Of a stretch of DNA of 64,000 nt, positions 36,762-47,280 are shown piece after piece. This DNA comes from Campylobacterales bacterium (GTDB lineage Bacteria; Campylobacterota; Campylobacteria; Campylobacterales; Nitratiruptoraceae), in NCBI GenBank assembly GCA_027024145.1, contig JALVTF010000062.1, forward strand, positions 12,649 to 76,648. Direction: 5' to 3'. Position 1 is the stretch's first letter; each line of letters starts with the position of its first letter. Made by a program: the position numbers and the translations under genes. The notes below the pieces were generated by a model. That model worked only from the letters and a program-made list of their open reading frames with translations, was not told where the DNA came from and made no database searches.

Positions 36762-37166
36762 TTACCATACACTACAAAGCACTTCGCCGCCTACACCCAA
36801 GCGGTACGCTTCATCGTTCGGTAACACACCTTTGCTCGTGCTCACAATAATCGTGCCGTATCCGTTTTTAAAACGTTTGATCTCTTCTTTACCTTTATAG
36901 ACACGGCGACCTGGTTTGGAGATACGCTTGATTTCGTTGATGGCAGGTTTTTTCTTTTTGCCTACCTCTTCATACTTCAAAACCACGTTGATATACTTTT
37001 TGTTGCCCTCTTCGACAACTTTATAGCTCTCTATGTAGCCTTTTTCTTGCAATATTTTTACGATAGCTTCCACGATTTTAGAATACAGAAGCTGTGTCAC
37101 TTCAAGACCGCGCATCTGCGCATTTCTGATTCGCGTAATGGAATCCGCAATCATATCGTTGATCAT
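36762..37166 (-). CDS. rpsH: 30S ribosomal protein S8
   Basis: [17 protein letters not shown]...GGEVLCSVW. Confidence 0.96.
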   Translation of the reverse strand: MINDMIADSITRIRNAQMRGLEVTQLLYSKIVEAIVKILQEKGYIESYKVVEEGNKKYINVVLKYEEVGKKKKPAINEIKRISKPGRRVYKGKEEIKRFKNGYGTIIVSTSKGVLPNDEAYRLGVGGEVLCSVW

Positions 37167-37189
37167 TGTTGTTTCTCCTTCATGAATAT

Positions 37190-37224
37190 CTAATAGGGTT
37201 CGTGCAGCGCACGCTACCTATTAG
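37190..37224 (-). promoter_or_regulatory. 13-bp interrupted hairpin upstream of rpsH (rpsN-rpsH spacer)
   Basis: CTAATAGG-gtt-CGTGC-agc-GCACG-cta-CCTATTAG. It lies 5 nt after the rpsN stop and about 10 nt before the rpsH SD. Confidence 0.4.
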
Positions 37225-37228
37225 TGAA

Positions 37229-37414
37229 TTACCAGCTTGACTTTTTGACGCCTGGCAGCAAGCCTTCACTTGCCATTTTTCTCAGACAAATCCTACAAAG
37301 ACCAAAATCTCTATAGACAGAGCGGGGACGACCGCAGATGCGGCAACGTGTATAGGCTCGTACCTTGAATTTAGGCTTTCTTTTTGCCTTCGCGATCATA
37401 CTTTTCTTTGCCAT
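37229..37414 (-). CDS. rpsN: 30S ribosomal protein S14, zinc-binding type Z
   Basis: 61 aa, [20 protein letters not shown]. Confidence 0.95.
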   Translation of the reverse strand: MAKKSMIAKAKRKPKFKVRAYTRCRICGRPRSVYRDFGLCRICLRKMASEGLLPGVKKSSW

Positions 37415-37965
37415 TATTTACCACCTTTAGCAAATGGGAATCCGAGTTTTTCCAAAAGGGCAAAAGCCTCTTTATCACTATCTGTCGTTGTCACGATAGT
37501 GATATTCATCCCGTGTGTTTTGATGATGTTGTCATAGTCCACTTCTGGAAACATCAGCTGCTCATCGAGACCGAAGTTGTAGTTTCCGCGTCCATCGAAA
37601 CCGTTACGAGGAAGGCCTCTAAAATCCTTCACACGTGGGAGCGCAATGTAGATGAGCTTTTGCAAAAAGTTCCACATGCGATCACCGCGCAGTGTCACCT
37701 TCACGCCCACAGGCATACCCTCACGGATTTTGAAGCCCGCTTCGGACTTGCGCGCTTTGGTTACCACCGCATGCTGACCGGTAATGAGGCTGATGGTATC
37801 TTGGATACTTTGCATCAGTTTGCTGTCGCGGCTCGCCTCACCGGCACCCACACTCACGACGATCTTTTCGAGAGCGGGAATGAGCATAGGGTTTTGAATT
37901 TCGAGCTCTTTCGCGAGTTCGTCTTTGACTCTATTTCTATACTGCTCTTTGAGTTCTAATGTCAT
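37414..37965 (-). CDS. rplE: 50S ribosomal protein L5
   Basis: L5 family sequence in the conserved spc-operon position. Confidence 0.95.
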   Translation of the reverse strand: MTLELKEQYRNRVKDELAKELEIQNPMLIPALEKIVVSVGAGEASRDSKLMQSIQDTISLITGQHAVVTKARKSEAGFKIREGMPVGVKVTLRGDRMWNFLQKLIYIALPRVKDFRGLPRNGFDGRGNYNFGLDEQLMFPEVDYDNIIKTHGMNITIVTTTDSDKEAFALLEKLGFPFAKGGK

Positions 37966-38207
37966 GATGCGCCACCTTCTACTTTACGAACGTTAGAGAT
38001 GTGGATAGGCATCTCTTTTTGGACAAATCCGCCTTCGGGATTCTTTTCGCTGGGCTTCACAGCCTTTTTGGCCACTTTGCAGCCCGCTACGATAACAGCG
38101 TCTTTATCTTTTAGGACTTTGAGAACTTCGCCTCTTTTGCCTTTGTCATCGCCGGTGATCACTTCGACGATGTCTCCCTTTTTGATCTTAAACTTTTTAT
38201 TCGCCAT
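37962..38207 (-). CDS. rplX: 50S ribosomal protein L24
   Basis: [28 protein letters not shown] motif. Confidence 0.95.
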   Translation of the reverse strand: MANKKFKIKKGDIVEVITGDDKGKRGEVLKVLKDKDAVIVAGCKVAKKAVKPSEKNPEGGFVQKEMPIHISNVRKVEGGAS

Positions 38208-38575
38208 TAGAGCACCTCCGGTGCGAGTGAAACGATTTTCATGAAGTTTTTATACCGTACTTCACGACTGACAGGTCCAAAGATACGCGTTCCGATGGGT
38301 TCGTTTTTATTATCGAGAATAACGGCTGCATTGTCGTCGAAACGAATCAAAGAGCCGTTTTCTCTTTGGATCTCTTTTTTTGTGCGAACCACTACGGCTT
38401 TGACCACTTGGCCTTTTTTTACTTTGCCGTTAGGCGTCGCTTTTTTAACTGAGGCGACGATGATATCACCGACAGAAGCGTATCGTCTTTTCGAACCACC
38501 CAAAACTTTGATACACATAATCTCTTTTGCGCCGCTATTGTCTGCGACGTTGAGTCTCGTAAAACTTTGAATCAT
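38207..38575 (-). CDS. rplN: 50S ribosomal protein L14
   Basis: [28 protein letters not shown]. Confidence 0.97.
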   Translation of the reverse strand: MIQSFTRLNVADNSGAKEIMCIKVLGGSKRRYASVGDIIVASVKKATPNGKVKKGQVVKAVVVRTKKEIQRENGSLIRFDDNAAVILDNKNEPIGTRIFGPVSREVRYKNFMKIVSLAPEVL

Positions 38576-38826
38576 TACTTCACTCCTGCCTCAACGATCT
38601 TTTGGAGTCGATAGGACTTTCTCTTCGAAAGCGGTCGACATTCGACGGCAGTGACAACGTCACCTACATTGGCTTGGTTTTTTTCGTCATGCACCAAGTA
38701 TTTTTTGAATCTCTTGACGATTTTATGGTATCTTGGGTGCATTACTTTACGTTCTACAAGCACAGAGATTGTCTTGTCACCGCTTTTTTTGACCACGGTT
38801 CCTTGAATCGTTCTCTTGTAAGCCAT
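38575..38826 (-). CDS. rpsQ: 30S ribosomal protein S17
   Basis: [27 protein letters not shown]. Confidence 0.95.
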   Translation of the reverse strand: MAYKRTIQGTVVKKSGDKTISVLVERKVMHPRYHKIVKRFKKYLVHDEKNQANVGDVVTAVECRPLSKRKSYRLQKIVEAGVK

Positions 38827-39020
38827 TACTCAGCCCTTCTTTTCTCCGCGATAGCGGTTTTGATTCGTGCGATATCTTTGCGTGTTTTTCTGATTTGGCT
38901 CGTATCCTGAAGCTGCATAGTCTTGAGCTTCATGCGAAGCTCGAACAGCTCCAACTTCTTATCCCTCAACAACCCTTCGAGCTCTTGGAGGCTCTTATCT
39001 TTCAGCTCAGTATAGTTCAT
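38826..39020 (-). CDS. rpmC: 50S ribosomal protein L29
   Basis: [34 protein letters not shown] at 39020; the tracked GTG at 39026 would add 2 aa. The gene overlaps the rplP 3' end. Confidence 0.93.
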   Translation of the reverse strand: MNYTELKDKSLQELEGLLRDKKLELFELRMKLKTMQLQDTSQIRKTRKDIARIKTAIAEKRRAE

Positions 39021-39432
39021 TTTCACTCTCTTGTGTCACGATTTTTGTTTTGAAAGGAAGTTTATATCGTGCAAGGTCGAGAGCTTCGCGTGCAAGGCTC
39101 TCTTCAACGCCGGCCATCTCATAGATGATACGACCGGGTTTGATATTCATCACCCATTTTTCGACACCACCTTTACCTTTACCCATCCTTGTCTCCAATG
39201 GTTTTTTGGTAAGAGGTTTGTCAGGGAAGACGCGAATCCAGATTTTACCCGTTCTTTTGACTTTACGGGTCATCGCAACCCTCGCCGCTTCGATCTGGCG
39301 AGAATCGATACGTCCGTGTTCGAGTGCTTTGATACCGATGGTACCGAAAGCCAAGCTACTACCACGGTACGCTTTTCCTCTGTTGCGTCCCTTTTGCTGT
39401 TTTCTATATTTCGTCTTTTTAGGCATCAACAT
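39007..39432 (-). CDS. rplP: 50S ribosomal protein L16
   Basis: [19 protein letters not shown]. Confidence 0.96.
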   Translation of the reverse strand: MLMPKKTKYRKQQKGRNRGKAYRGSSLAFGTIGIKALEHGRIDSRQIEAARVAMTRKVKRTGKIWIRVFPDKPLTKKPLETRMGKGKGGVEKWVMNIKPGRIIYEMAGVEESLAREALDLARYKLPFKTKIVTQESENELY

Positions 39433-39434
39433 GG

Positions 39435-40127
39435 TTATCTTCTCCTTCTTGGAGCTCTACGGCGTGGAGCTCTTTCTCTTCTTTCGGGTTGGATGCCTTT
39501 TTGGAGCACCTCACCTTTGAAGATCCAGACCTTAACGCCGATCACCCCATAGGTAGTGTAGGCTTGCGCGAAACCGTAATCGATTTTCGCTCTGAGCGTA
39601 TGGAGCGGCACACGACCTTCGAGATACCACTCTGTGCGTGCCATTTCTGCTCCGCCCAAACGTCCTGCTACTTGGACTTTGATCCCTTTAACACCCGCTT
39701 TTTGCGCCGCTTGGATCACTTTTTTCATAGCGCGGCGAAATGCCACACGACGTTCAAGCTGCGTCGCGATGTTTTCTGCCGCAAGCTGTGCAGAGGCTTG
39801 TGGACGTTTTTCCTCTTTGATATTGATGTAGACATCTTTGCCCACGAGTTTTTGGAGCTTTTGTTTGAGTTTTTCGATATCGGCACCTTTTTTACCGATG
39901 ATGATACCGGGACGTGCCGCAACGATGGTTACGCGCAGTTTCTTAGCAGTGCGTTCGATGATGATATTGCTGATCCCTGCGTAGTAGAGCTCTTTTTTCA
40001 AAAATTTTCTAATTTTGTGATCTTCCTCGATACGATCGGGCATGATGTTATAATCAGGAAACCAGCGTGACTCCCAGTTTCTGTTGATACCAAGTCTGAG
40101 ACCTATAGGATTGACTTTTTGACCCAT
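39435..40127 (-). CDS. rpsC: 30S ribosomal protein S3
   Basis: [18 protein letters not shown], with an Arg-rich C-terminal tail. Confidence 0.96.
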   Translation of the reverse strand: MGQKVNPIGLRLGINRNWESRWFPDYNIMPDRIEEDHKIRKFLKKELYYAGISNIIIERTAKKLRVTIVAARPGIIIGKKGADIEKLKQKLQKLVGKDVYINIKEEKRPQASAQLAAENIATQLERRVAFRRAMKKVIQAAQKAGVKGIKVQVAGRLGGAEMARTEWYLEGRVPLHTLRAKIDYGFAQAYTTYGVIGVKVWIFKGEVLQKGIQPERRERAPRRRAPRRRR

Positions 40128-40453
40128 TAGCTATCCTTCTTTGCTACTTCTACATAGATATGTGAAGTTGGCTTCATGATTCTGCTCGCACGTCCACGTG
40201 CTCTTGGACGAAATCTCTTGAGGTATGGACCGCGATCCACACGACAAGAAGTGATCACAACCTCTTCTGGCTCATATCCACCGTTCGCAACTGCGCTCGC
40301 GATCACTTTCGAGATCACTTTCGCAGCTTTGTTTGGAGTAAATTCGAGAGCTGCGAGAGCCTCTTCGGCGTTCATTCCCTGAACCTCTCGTGCGACAAGT
40401 CTCGCTTTTGTCGGTGAGAGTCTGATAAATCGAAGTACTGCTTTACTCATCAC
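40127..40453 (-). CDS. rplV: 50S ribosomal protein L22
   Basis: [26 protein letters not shown]. Confidence 0.95.
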   Translation of the reverse strand: MMSKAVLRFIRLSPTKARLVAREVQGMNAEEALAALEFTPNKAAKVISKVIASAVANGGYEPEEVVITSCRVDRGPYLKRFRPRARGRASRIMKPTSHIYVEVAKKDS

Positions 40454-40459
40454 CTATCC

Positions 40460-40741
40460 TTATTTCCCGATTTTCTTCTGTACCGAGCCTTTGTGGCCGC
40501 GGAACGTTCTCGTGGGCGCAAATTCACCGAGCTTGAATCCCACATGATTTTCAGTGATATAGACAGGTACGAACTGGCGTCCGTTGTGGACGTTGATAGT
40601 CAAACCTATCATTTCAGGCACGATAGTGCTTCTGCGAGACCAGGTTTTGATGGGTTTTTTATCGCCTGTCTCTTTTGCTTTGAGCACTTTTTTCATAAGA
40701 TGATCGTCTACGAATGGACCTTTTTTGATACTTCTAGCCAT
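40460..40741 (-). CDS. rpsS: 30S ribosomal protein S19
   Basis: [19 protein letters not shown]...TFRGHKG. Confidence 0.96.
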   Translation of the reverse strand: MARSIKKGPFVDDHLMKKVLKAKETGDKKPIKTWSRRSTIVPEMIGLTINVHNGRQFVPVYITENHVGFKLGEFAPTRTFRGHKGSVQKKIGK

Positions 40742-40752
40742 CTTCTACCCTC

Positions 40753-41580
40753 TTATTTCTTTCTTCTTGAGATTATAAGCTTATCACTCGCTTTTTTGCG
40801 ACGTGTCTTATAACCTTTGGTCGGCATACCCCAAGGAGTCACAGGGTGACCGCTCGGACCGGTTTTCCCTTCACCACCACCGTGTGGGTGATCGACTGGG
40901 TTCATTGCAGAACCTCGCGTTTGCGGTCTGATACCTCTATGGCGGTTGCGTCCGGCTTTACCGATGACGATATTGATGTATTCTTCGTTGCCCACGACGC
41001 CTACTGTTGCCATGCACTCACCGAGCACTTTTCTCATCTCGCCGCTGGGGAGTCTGAGGATGACATATTTATCCTCACGACCCATGATCTGTGCGTATGC
41101 GCCGGCGCTTCGTGCCATTTGACCACCCTTGCCGGGTTTGAGCTCGATATTGTGTACGAGCGTACCTACTGGGATGTTTTTGAGTTTCATTGCGTTGCCG
41201 GGAAGAACGTCCAGACCGCCTTCTGCTGCTTGGACGGTATCGCCCACTTTCAGACCACTTGGCTGGATGATGTAGCGCTTGTCACCGTCGCGATAGACCA
41301 CGAGAGCGATACGGCAGTTTCTGTATGGATCGTACTCGATGGTCGCTACGCGTCCTGGGACGCCGAATTTGTTGCGCTTGAAATCGATGATACGATAGAG
41401 CTTTTTCGCACCACCCTCTTTGTGGCGTGACGTGATGCGTCCTTGGTTGTTGCGTCCCGCTTTGACAGGAAGTTTTTTGAGCAGCTTGCGCACGCTTGGT
41501 TTTGCCGTGATGTCGCTGCTATCGACGACGCTCATGAAGCGTCGGCTTGGTGTATACGGTTTATATTTTTTAATCGCCAT
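40753..41580 (-). CDS. rplB: 50S ribosomal protein L2
   Basis: [31 protein letters not shown]. Confidence 0.97.
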   Translation of the reverse strand: MAIKKYKPYTPSRRFMSVVDSSDITAKPSVRKLLKKLPVKAGRNNQGRITSRHKEGGAKKLYRIIDFKRNKFGVPGRVATIEYDPYRNCRIALVVYRDGDKRYIIQPSGLKVGDTVQAAEGGLDVLPGNAMKLKNIPVGTLVHNIELKPGKGGQMARSAGAYAQIMGREDKYVILRLPSGEMRKVLGECMATVGVVGNEEYINIVIGKAGRNRHRGIRPQTRGSAMNPVDHPHGGGEGKTGPSGHPVTPWGMPTKGYKTRRKKASDKLIISRRKK

Positions 41581-41589
41581 GTTCTATCC

Positions 41590-41871
41590 TTACACCGCTA
41601 AGCTTTCGATTTTTGCCCCTTCAGGCAACTTCACGTAAAACTTTTTATAGTTGTTACGTTTTCCTTCGATTCCACGAAATCTCTTTGTCTTTCCGTTCAT
41701 ACGAAGAGAGTTGATTTTGACTGGCGTGACGCCGAAATACTCTTTCAAAATCGCTTTGAGCTGATTTTTGGTCACCTTGTCGCTCGTTTGGATAACGATA
41801 TATCCCTCTTCTTGAAGGCCCAAACTTTTTTCTGTATAGACGATTGATTTGATATCTGTAATATCTGCCAT
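41590..41871 (-). CDS. rplW: 50S ribosomal protein L23
   Basis: L23 family sequence in the conserved S10-operon position. Confidence 0.93.
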   Translation of the reverse strand: MADITDIKSIVYTEKSLGLQEEGYIVIQTSDKVTKNQLKAILKEYFGVTPVKINSLRMNGKTKRFRGIEGKRNNYKKFYVKLPEGAKIESLAV

Positions 41872-41872
41872 C

Positions 41873-42487
41873 TTAGCCCTCTTTTACAATTTTTTCCCAA
41901 ACGGGTTTTTCCATTACGATCGCATGGAATGTCGCCGCAAGATATGCGTTTAGTTCGTTTGGTTCGATCAGATATGCGTTTGGCAGGTTGCGAAACGCAA
42001 GGAACGTTTTTTCATCGATGGTATCTTTGACAAAGAGCACGTCACGCGCGCCGATCTTTTTCACGATCGCTGCAGCGTCTTTCGTTTTTCCAGACTCTAC
42101 TTTGATCTCATCGACGATAAAGAGCGCTCCGTTTTCGCCTTTTTCATTGAGTGCAAACTCAAGCGCTTTGCGCTTTTGCTTTTTGTTCACTTTGTGTGTG
42201 TAGTTTTTAGCGTTCGTAGGACCGAAAACTACGCCACCGCCTACGAAGAGTGGTGAGCGAATAGATCCTGCACGCGCGCCACCGCGACCCTTTTGCTGCC
42301 AAGGCTTGCGACCACCGCCACTGACTGCGGATCTATTCTTAGTGTGCGCGTTGCTTGCGCGCAGATTCGCCAAGTAGGCTTTCGCATAGAGATAAAGGTT
42401 ATGCGGGTTGATGCCTTGGAAATTCTCAGGCAGTGCAACCTCTTGGTCTTTTTCGAAATTTTGGTTCAAAACTATCGCTTTACTCAT
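41873..42487 (-). CDS. rplD: 50S ribosomal protein L4
   Basis: [30 protein letters not shown]. Confidence 0.96.
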   Translation of the reverse strand: MSKAIVLNQNFEKDQEVALPENFQGINPHNLYLYAKAYLANLRASNAHTKNRSAVSGGGRKPWQQKGRGGARAGSIRSPLFVGGGVVFGPTNAKNYTHKVNKKQKRKALEFALNEKGENGALFIVDEIKVESGKTKDAAAIVKKIGARDVLFVKDTIDEKTFLAFRNLPNAYLIEPNELNAYLAATFHAIVMEKPVWEKIVKEG

Positions 42488-43062
42488 TTGACAATCCTTA
42501 CTTTGCCTAGTGCTCCGTTTGGTCCAGGGACTGAGCCTTTGACGACCAAGATCATATTTTCGGGATCGAAGCTAATCACTTCGTTTTGGACGGTTACTTT
42601 TTTGTTGCCGTACTGTCCGGGCATTTTCTGTCCAGGCATGATGCGTCCAGGCCACTCACACATACCCACAGAACCGGGCGCTCTATGAAATCTCGAACCG
42701 TGGCTGTCTGGACCGCCGCCGAAGTTCCATCGTTTCACGACGCCGCTAAATCCGCGACCTTTTGAGTTGAAGCTGATTTTGACTCTCTTTGCATCACCTA
42801 GCGGTGAATAGTCCAGATCGCCCGCTTCTTTGTTCGCCACTTTGAGGGTGACGAATCTATTAAACTGCGGTTCGAGACCATATTTTTTTTGCTGCCCTTC
42901 GATGGGCTTGTTGCGGCGTTTGCCGTGGCTGTATGCGACGATAGCTTTGTCGTCACCGACAAGCTCGCATACTTTTGCTTCTTTGACTTTCAACAGCGTC
43001 ACAGGTACGCTGGGAACGCTGATCGTTCTACTCATTCCGATTTTTTCTACGATAAACTCCAT
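42484..43062 (-). CDS. rplC: 50S ribosomal protein L3
   Basis: [22 protein letters not shown]. Confidence 0.96.
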   Translation of the reverse strand: MEFIVEKIGMSRTISVPSVPVTLLKVKEAKVCELVGDDKAIVAYSHGKRRNKPIEGQQKKYGLEPQFNRFVTLKVANKEAGDLDYSPLGDAKRVKISFNSKGRGFSGVVKRWNFGGGPDSHGSRFHRAPGSVGMCEWPGRIMPGQKMPGQYGNKKVTVQNEVISFDPENMILVVKGSVPGPNGALGKVRIVK

Positions 43063-43072
43063 CTATTTCCCC

Positions 43073-43384
43073 TTACTCGCCCATTGACCTAACTTCGACA
43101 TCCACTTCGGGAGCCAAGTCAAGCTTCATCAGTGAATCGACAGTATCTGGTGTCGCAGATACGATATCGATAAGTCTTGAATGTATACGAATTTCAAACT
43201 GTTCGCGTGAGTCTTTGTTGATGTGTGGTGATCTGAGCACCGTGTATTTTCTGATTTTTGTCGGCAAAGGAATAGGACCTCTGATTTCGGCACCCGTTCT
43301 CTTGACCGCTTCGACGATTGCCGAAACACTTCTATCCAACACCCTGTGATCGTAAGCGCGAAGCTTAAGACGTATCTTTTCCAT
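43073..43384 (-). CDS. rpsJ: 30S ribosomal protein S10
   Basis: [17 protein letters not shown]...[13 protein letters not shown]. Confidence 0.97.
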   Translation of the reverse strand: MEKIRLKLRAYDHRVLDRSVSAIVEAVKRTGAEIRGPIPLPTKIRKYTVLRSPHINKDSREQFEIRIHSRLIDIVSATPDTVDSLMKLDLAPEVDVEVRSMGE

Positions 43385-43405
43385 TCCAACCTTTCACAAA
43401 GAACT

Positions 43406-43441
43406 TGTTGCAATAGCAACATATTTGGGAACGAAATTATA
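43406..43441 (-). promoter_or_regulatory. Putative S10-operon promoter (-10 TATAAT, 43436-43441) and leader hairpin (43406-43421)
   Basis: The minus strand reads ctTATAATTTCGttcc, then TGTTGC-tatt-GCAACA, then the SD. Confidence 0.45.
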
Positions 43442-43474
43442 GAATAGCACTCGCATCAAATCAAGATTTTTGGC

Positions 43475-43480
43475 TATAAT
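43475..43480 (+). promoter_or_regulatory. Putative -10 TATAAT for the ATPase-rnhB unit
   Basis: ttggcTATAATgg, 32 nt upstream of the GTG at 43513. Confidence 0.4.
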
Positions 43481-43512
43481 GGTGTGAAATTATTTCCTTT
43501 TGGGAAGGAAAA

Positions 43513-44571
43513 GTGGAGCTATTAGAGTTTTTCTACGAAAAGAGTATCATAAAACAGCACTTTTTGCCAAGACGTGTGCAGCTCGCACCATCTTCGCGCA
43601 TCCTCCTCACTGGACCCAAATACTGCGGCAAGTATGCGCTGGTGCAGCAGTTTTTACACACATACGCCGAACCCAAAAAGACGCTGCTTGTCGACTTCGA
43701 GGACGCACGTGCCGACAAGGAGGAGATAGCACGTACCATCGATGCGTTCATCCAAGAAAAAGAGATCTCCACTCTCGTCTACTATGGCTACACGCCCGAA
43801 ATTCCACTCCCCGAGTGTCGTCAGCTCATCGTGGTGGCGCACCACGACGTGGAGTTAGAGGGTTTTCGCCGCTACAGGCTACGCAATCTCGATTTCGAAG
43901 AGTTCATGCTCTTTGAAAAGCGCAGCGAGCCCAAAGTGGCCATCAACCATTTTTTACGCCTTGGCAACTATCCCGAAACGGTGCGCATTGAAGAGTACAA
44001 AAAGGATAGGCGCATCCAGGAGCTCTACCGCCTCAGCTTCGGTGCAAATTTTACCATCTTCAAAGAGCTTGCCTACTACCAAGGCCATAACGTGAGTGTG
44101 CACTTTCTCTTCGAGCGTATCAAAGAGCGCCACAAAATCTCCAAAGATCGCTTCTATGCGCTGCTTAGTAGCTGGGAGCGAAGCGGCTACATCCACTTCA
44201 TCCCCAAATACGGTGCCAAGCGTGCCGCCAAGAAGCTCTTTTTTCACAATTTCACCGCCAAAAGCGATCTGTGGGTACAAAAGGAGTTTCCCAAAATCTT
44301 CGAAAATATGGTCTACTTGGAGCTGGTCGACGAGGATGTCTGGTACCTCGAGCCGCTGGGACTCTATCTACCCGAGCATCGCAAAGCGGTGCTGGCCATT
44401 CCCTTCGGCACCGAAGCGCGCATCCAAGCACGCATCGAACAGCTGCTGGCCAAAAACCGCATCGATATCGACACCATCGAGGTGATCACCGTAGCCAACA
44501 GCTTTCGCTACGAAGTAGGTACGATTGTCTGTGAAGTGCTGCCCTTTTATGAGTGGGCGCTGGCAAAATGA
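43513..44571 (+). CDS. AAA-like ATPase family protein with a degenerate Walker A
   Basis: LLTGPKYCGKYAL (GKY instead of GK[ST]) and LLVDFED. GTG start after GGAAGGAAAA. From memory, a conserved ATP-binding hypothetical gene occupies this position next to rpsJ in H. pylori; this was not checked. Confidence 0.6.
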   Translation: MELLEFFYEKSIIKQHFLPRRVQLAPSSRILLTGPKYCGKYALVQQFLHTYAEPKKTLLVDFEDARADKEEIARTIDAFIQEKEISTLVYYGYTPEIPLPECRQLIVVAHHDVELEGFRRYRLRNLDFEEFMLFEKRSEPKVAINHFLRLGNYPETVRIEEYKKDRRIQELYRLSFGANFTIFKELAYYQGHNVSVHFLFERIKERHKISKDRFYALLSSWERSGYIHFIPKYGAKRAAKKLFFHNFTAKSDLWVQKEFPKIFENMVYLELVDEDVWYLEPLGLYLPEHRKAVLAIPFGTEARIQARIEQLLAKNRIDIDTIEVITVANSFRYEVGTIVCEVLPFYEWALAK

Positions 44572-44581
44572 AAGGAGCCAC

Positions 44582-45130
44582 ATGGTGTTATGCGGCATAG
44601 ACGAGGCGGGTCGGGGACCTTTGGCGGGTCCTTTGGTAGTAGCCGGCGTGGTTTTTACGAAACGTATCTATAAGTTAGACGATTCGAAGAAACTTACCCA
44701 AAAACAGCGCGAAAAGCTGTTTGATCGCATCGCGCATAGCGCACGCTACGAAATCGTGATTATCGACAACGACGAGATTGACGAACGAGGTATTTCGGCT
44801 TGCATAGCAAAAGCCTTGCGTACTATAAAAGAAAAGATTGCAGCCGAGCGTTATCTCTTCGACGGCAATACGAGCTTCGGCGTCGCAGACATCGAAACCC
44901 TCATCAAGGCAGATGAGAGCGTCAAGGAGGTGATGGCCGCTTCCATCCTCGCCAAAGTCACCCGCGATAGATTGATGTGCGAATATGACAAGCTCTATCC
45001 AGAATATGGCTTTTGCCGACACAAAGGGTATGGCACGAAGGAACACATCGAAGCGATCCGTCGCTACGGCCTGTGCCCCATCCACCGCAAGAGCTTTCGC
45101 CCCAAAGCCTTGCAGCCGACGCTGTTTTGA
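44582..45130 (+). CDS. rnhB: Ribonuclease HII
   Basis: CGIDEAGRGPLAGPLVVAGV...DDSKKL. The ATG at 44582 follows the SD AAAGGAG. Confidence 0.93.
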   Translation: MVLCGIDEAGRGPLAGPLVVAGVVFTKRIYKLDDSKKLTQKQREKLFDRIAHSARYEIVIIDNDEIDERGISACIAKALRTIKEKIAAERYLFDGNTSFGVADIETLIKADESVKEVMAASILAKVTRDRLMCEYDKLYPEYGFCRHKGYGTKEHIEAIRRYGLCPIHRKSFRPKALQPTLF

Positions 45131-45190
45131 TAGCAAAGACATAAAATTATCTTTTTGTCAATTGTGACGCATTTTGTCGTGCAAAGAGTG

Positions 45191-45196
45191 TAGAAT
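45191..45196 (+). promoter_or_regulatory. Putative -10 TAGAAT for the DUF2130 gene
   Basis: gtgTAGAATatg. This placement favours the ATG at 45227 (SD AAGGAAG) over the ATG at 45197. Confidence 0.3.
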
Positions 45197-45226
45197 ATGA
45201 AAAACGACGCACGAAAAGGAAGTGCT

Positions 45227-46480
45227 ATGCACACCATTACCTGTCCCAACTGCGGTACCAAGATAGATATCAACAAAACCCTCTATAGCGAGATCGAAGC
45301 AGAGGCGAAGGCGAAACTGGCAAAAGAGCTGGAGCGCCAAAGAGAGGCATATGAAAAGCAGCGCAAAGAGCTTGAGGCCAAGCAAAAGGAGATCGAGCTC
45401 GAGCGTGAACTTTTGGCCAAAAAAGCCGAGGCCAAAGCCCAGGAGATGCTCCAAAAAGCACTGGCAACAGAGCGTGCAAAAATCAAAGAGGAGATAGCCA
45501 AAGAGCAGCAAGCGCTCATCGAGGAGCTCCAAAAAAAGCTAGCCCAAAAGAGCCAAGAAGCCGCAGAGCTGGCACGCGCCAAACTCACCATCCAAGAGCT
45601 GCAGCAACAAAAGGAGCAAGCGGTGCTCGAAGCCAAACTCCAAGCGCAAAAGGAGCTGCAAGAGCGCCTGGCAAAAGAGCGCGAAGAAATAGCCAAGATG
45701 GTAGCTACCGAGCACGAGCTCAAACTCAAAGAGAAAGAAAAGCAGCTCGCAGACTTGAAAGCCAAACTCGAAGAAGCCCAGCGTAAAGCGGATCTAACGA
45801 GCCAACAGCTCCAAGGAGAGGTGCAAGAACTGGCCATCGAGGAGTACCTACGCAGCACCTTCCCGCTCGATAGTATCGAAGAGATCAAAAAGGGGCAGCG
45901 CGGAGCGGACTGCGTGCAGATCGTCAATACCCGAAGCCTCACAGGCTGCGGCAAGATCTACTACGAGAGCAAGCGCACCAAAGAGTTTCAAAAGAGCTGG
46001 ATAGAAAAGCTCAAAGCCGATATGCGAGAGCTCGGTGCCGACATCGGCGTGATCGTCACACAGACCCTGCCAAAAGATATGGAACGCATGGGAATCGTGG
46101 ATGGCGTGTGGGTGTGCACCTTCGAAGAGTTCAAAGCGTTAGCACCGATACTGCGCCATCAGATCATCGCTATCGCCGAAGCTACGAAAGCCAACGAAAA
46201 CAGAGCCGACAAGATGAGCCTGCTCTATCGCTACCTCACATCCAATGAGTTCAAAATGCAGATAGAAGCGATCGTGGAGGGGTTCGTGCAGATGCAAGAG
46301 GATCTCGATAAAGAGCGCCGCGCGATGCAGCGCATCTGGAAGCAGCGCGAAAAGCAGATCCAAAAGGTGCTCGATAGCACCATAAGTCTCTATGGCTCCA
46401 TCAAAGGCATAGCCGGCAACGCCATCGGCCATATCGAAGCGCTGCAGCTACCCTACGACTCAGGCGTAGAGGCTGATTGA
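45227..46480 (+). CDS. DUF2130-like protein: N-terminal zinc ribbon, long coiled coil, C-terminal PD-(D/E)xK-like domain
   Basis: CPNCGTKI. About 200 aa of E/K/Q/A-rich heptad-like sequence. Then GADCVQIV...IYYESKRT (D...ExK). Confidence 0.7.
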   Translation: MHTITCPNCGTKIDINKTLYSEIEAEAKAKLAKELERQREAYEKQRKELEAKQKEIELERELLAKKAEAKAQEMLQKALATERAKIKEEIAKEQQALIEELQKKLAQKSQEAAELARAKLTIQELQQQKEQAVLEAKLQAQKELQERLAKEREEIAKMVATEHELKLKEKEKQLADLKAKLEEAQRKADLTSQQLQGEVQELAIEEYLRSTFPLDSIEEIKKGQRGADCVQIVNTRSLTGCGKIYYESKRTKEFQKSWIEKLKADMRELGADIGVIVTQTLPKDMERMGIVDGVWVCTFEEFKALAPILRHQIIAIAEATKANENRADKMSLLYRYLTSNEFKMQIEAIVEGFVQMQEDLDKERRAMQRIWKQREKQIQKVLDSTISLYGSIKGIAGNAIGHIEALQLPYDSGVEAD

Positions 46481-46648
46481 CCCCTGGTCGTTTTTGGGTG
46501 GTTGCAGCGATTTTTGGAGCTCTTGCATCATCTGCCGGGTCTGCTCCATCATCTTTTTGAGCAAACTCACCTGCACCTGCTCTTTGACCTTTTGCTGCGA
46601 CTGCATCGTGGCCAATGTAGCTGCATCGGTGGTGGAAGATACTTGCAT
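46460..46648 (-). CDS. YjfB-like putative motility protein (small)
   Basis: 62 aa. Q-rich, with VSLLKKMMEQ...GSISLYA resembling the YjfB family pattern. Confidence 0.5.
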   Translation of the reverse strand: MQVSSTTDAATLATMQSQQKVKEQVQVSLLKKMMEQTRQMMQELQKSLQPPKNDQGSISLYA

Positions 46649-46665
46649 CGGTATCCTTTACCTTT

Positions 46666-47280
46666 TTACTCTTTATCGGCTACAAGTGCGTTTCGTTGAG
46701 CTTTACGGCGATAGTACAAAAAGACTACAACTACCAGCACCATCACGATGGCGAGGATGATGTGAAGGTATTCTTTGATGCGCTCTTCGTTGTGGCCCAG
46801 GAAGTAACCCAGCCCCAAAAGCACGGCGCACCAGATACCGGCTCCCAAGAAGGTGTAGAGCGCGAAGGATGGGATATGCATCCGCCCGATGCCGGCAGGC
46901 AAGGAGATGTATTGGCGCACCCCGGGAACCAGCCTACCCCAAAAGGTGCTGGGATGGCCGTATTTGGCGAAGAAATCTTCCACTTTTTGCAAAGATTCTT
47001 CTTTCAAAAAAAGATACTTGCCATACTTTTGCAAAAAGGGTCGGCCAAGCTTGTGGCCGATGGCGTAGTTAAAGAGCGCGCCGGCCAGACTCCCGCCGGC
47101 TCCAGCTATCCAGGCGGATAGAATATTCATCTCTCCCTTGCTGGCTAGATACCCGGCCGGAACCATCGCCACCTCGCTGGGGAAGGGAAAAAAGGAGCTC
47201 TCCAAAAACATCATCACAAAAATCCCGATATACCCCATATCGCCGACAAGCTTGACGATAAAGTCGACGATTTCAGCCAT
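46666..47280 (-). CDS. DedA/SNARE-associated family membrane protein
   Basis: [22 protein letters not shown]...[15 protein letters not shown]. The ATG at 47280 overlaps the aroC stop (ATGGCTGA). Confidence 0.85.
   Translation of the reverse strand: MAEIVDFIVKLVGDMGYIGIFVMMFLESSFFPFPSEVAMVPAGYLASKGEMNILSAWIAGAGGSLAGALFNYAIGHKLGRPFLQKYGKYLFLKEESLQKVEDFFAKYGHPSTFWGRLVPGVRQYISLPAGIGRMHIPSFALYTFLGAGIWCAVLLGLGYFLGHNEERIKEYLHIILAIVMVLVVVVFLYYRRKAQRNALVADKE

Noticed and set aside
45283-45954. A 223-aa Ser/Ala/Cys/Leu-rich minus-strand ORF, plus several other ORFs inside the DUF2130 gene.
   Set aside because: This is a mirror image of the repetitive GAG/AAG/GCN codons of the coiled-coil region, a low-complexity artefact.
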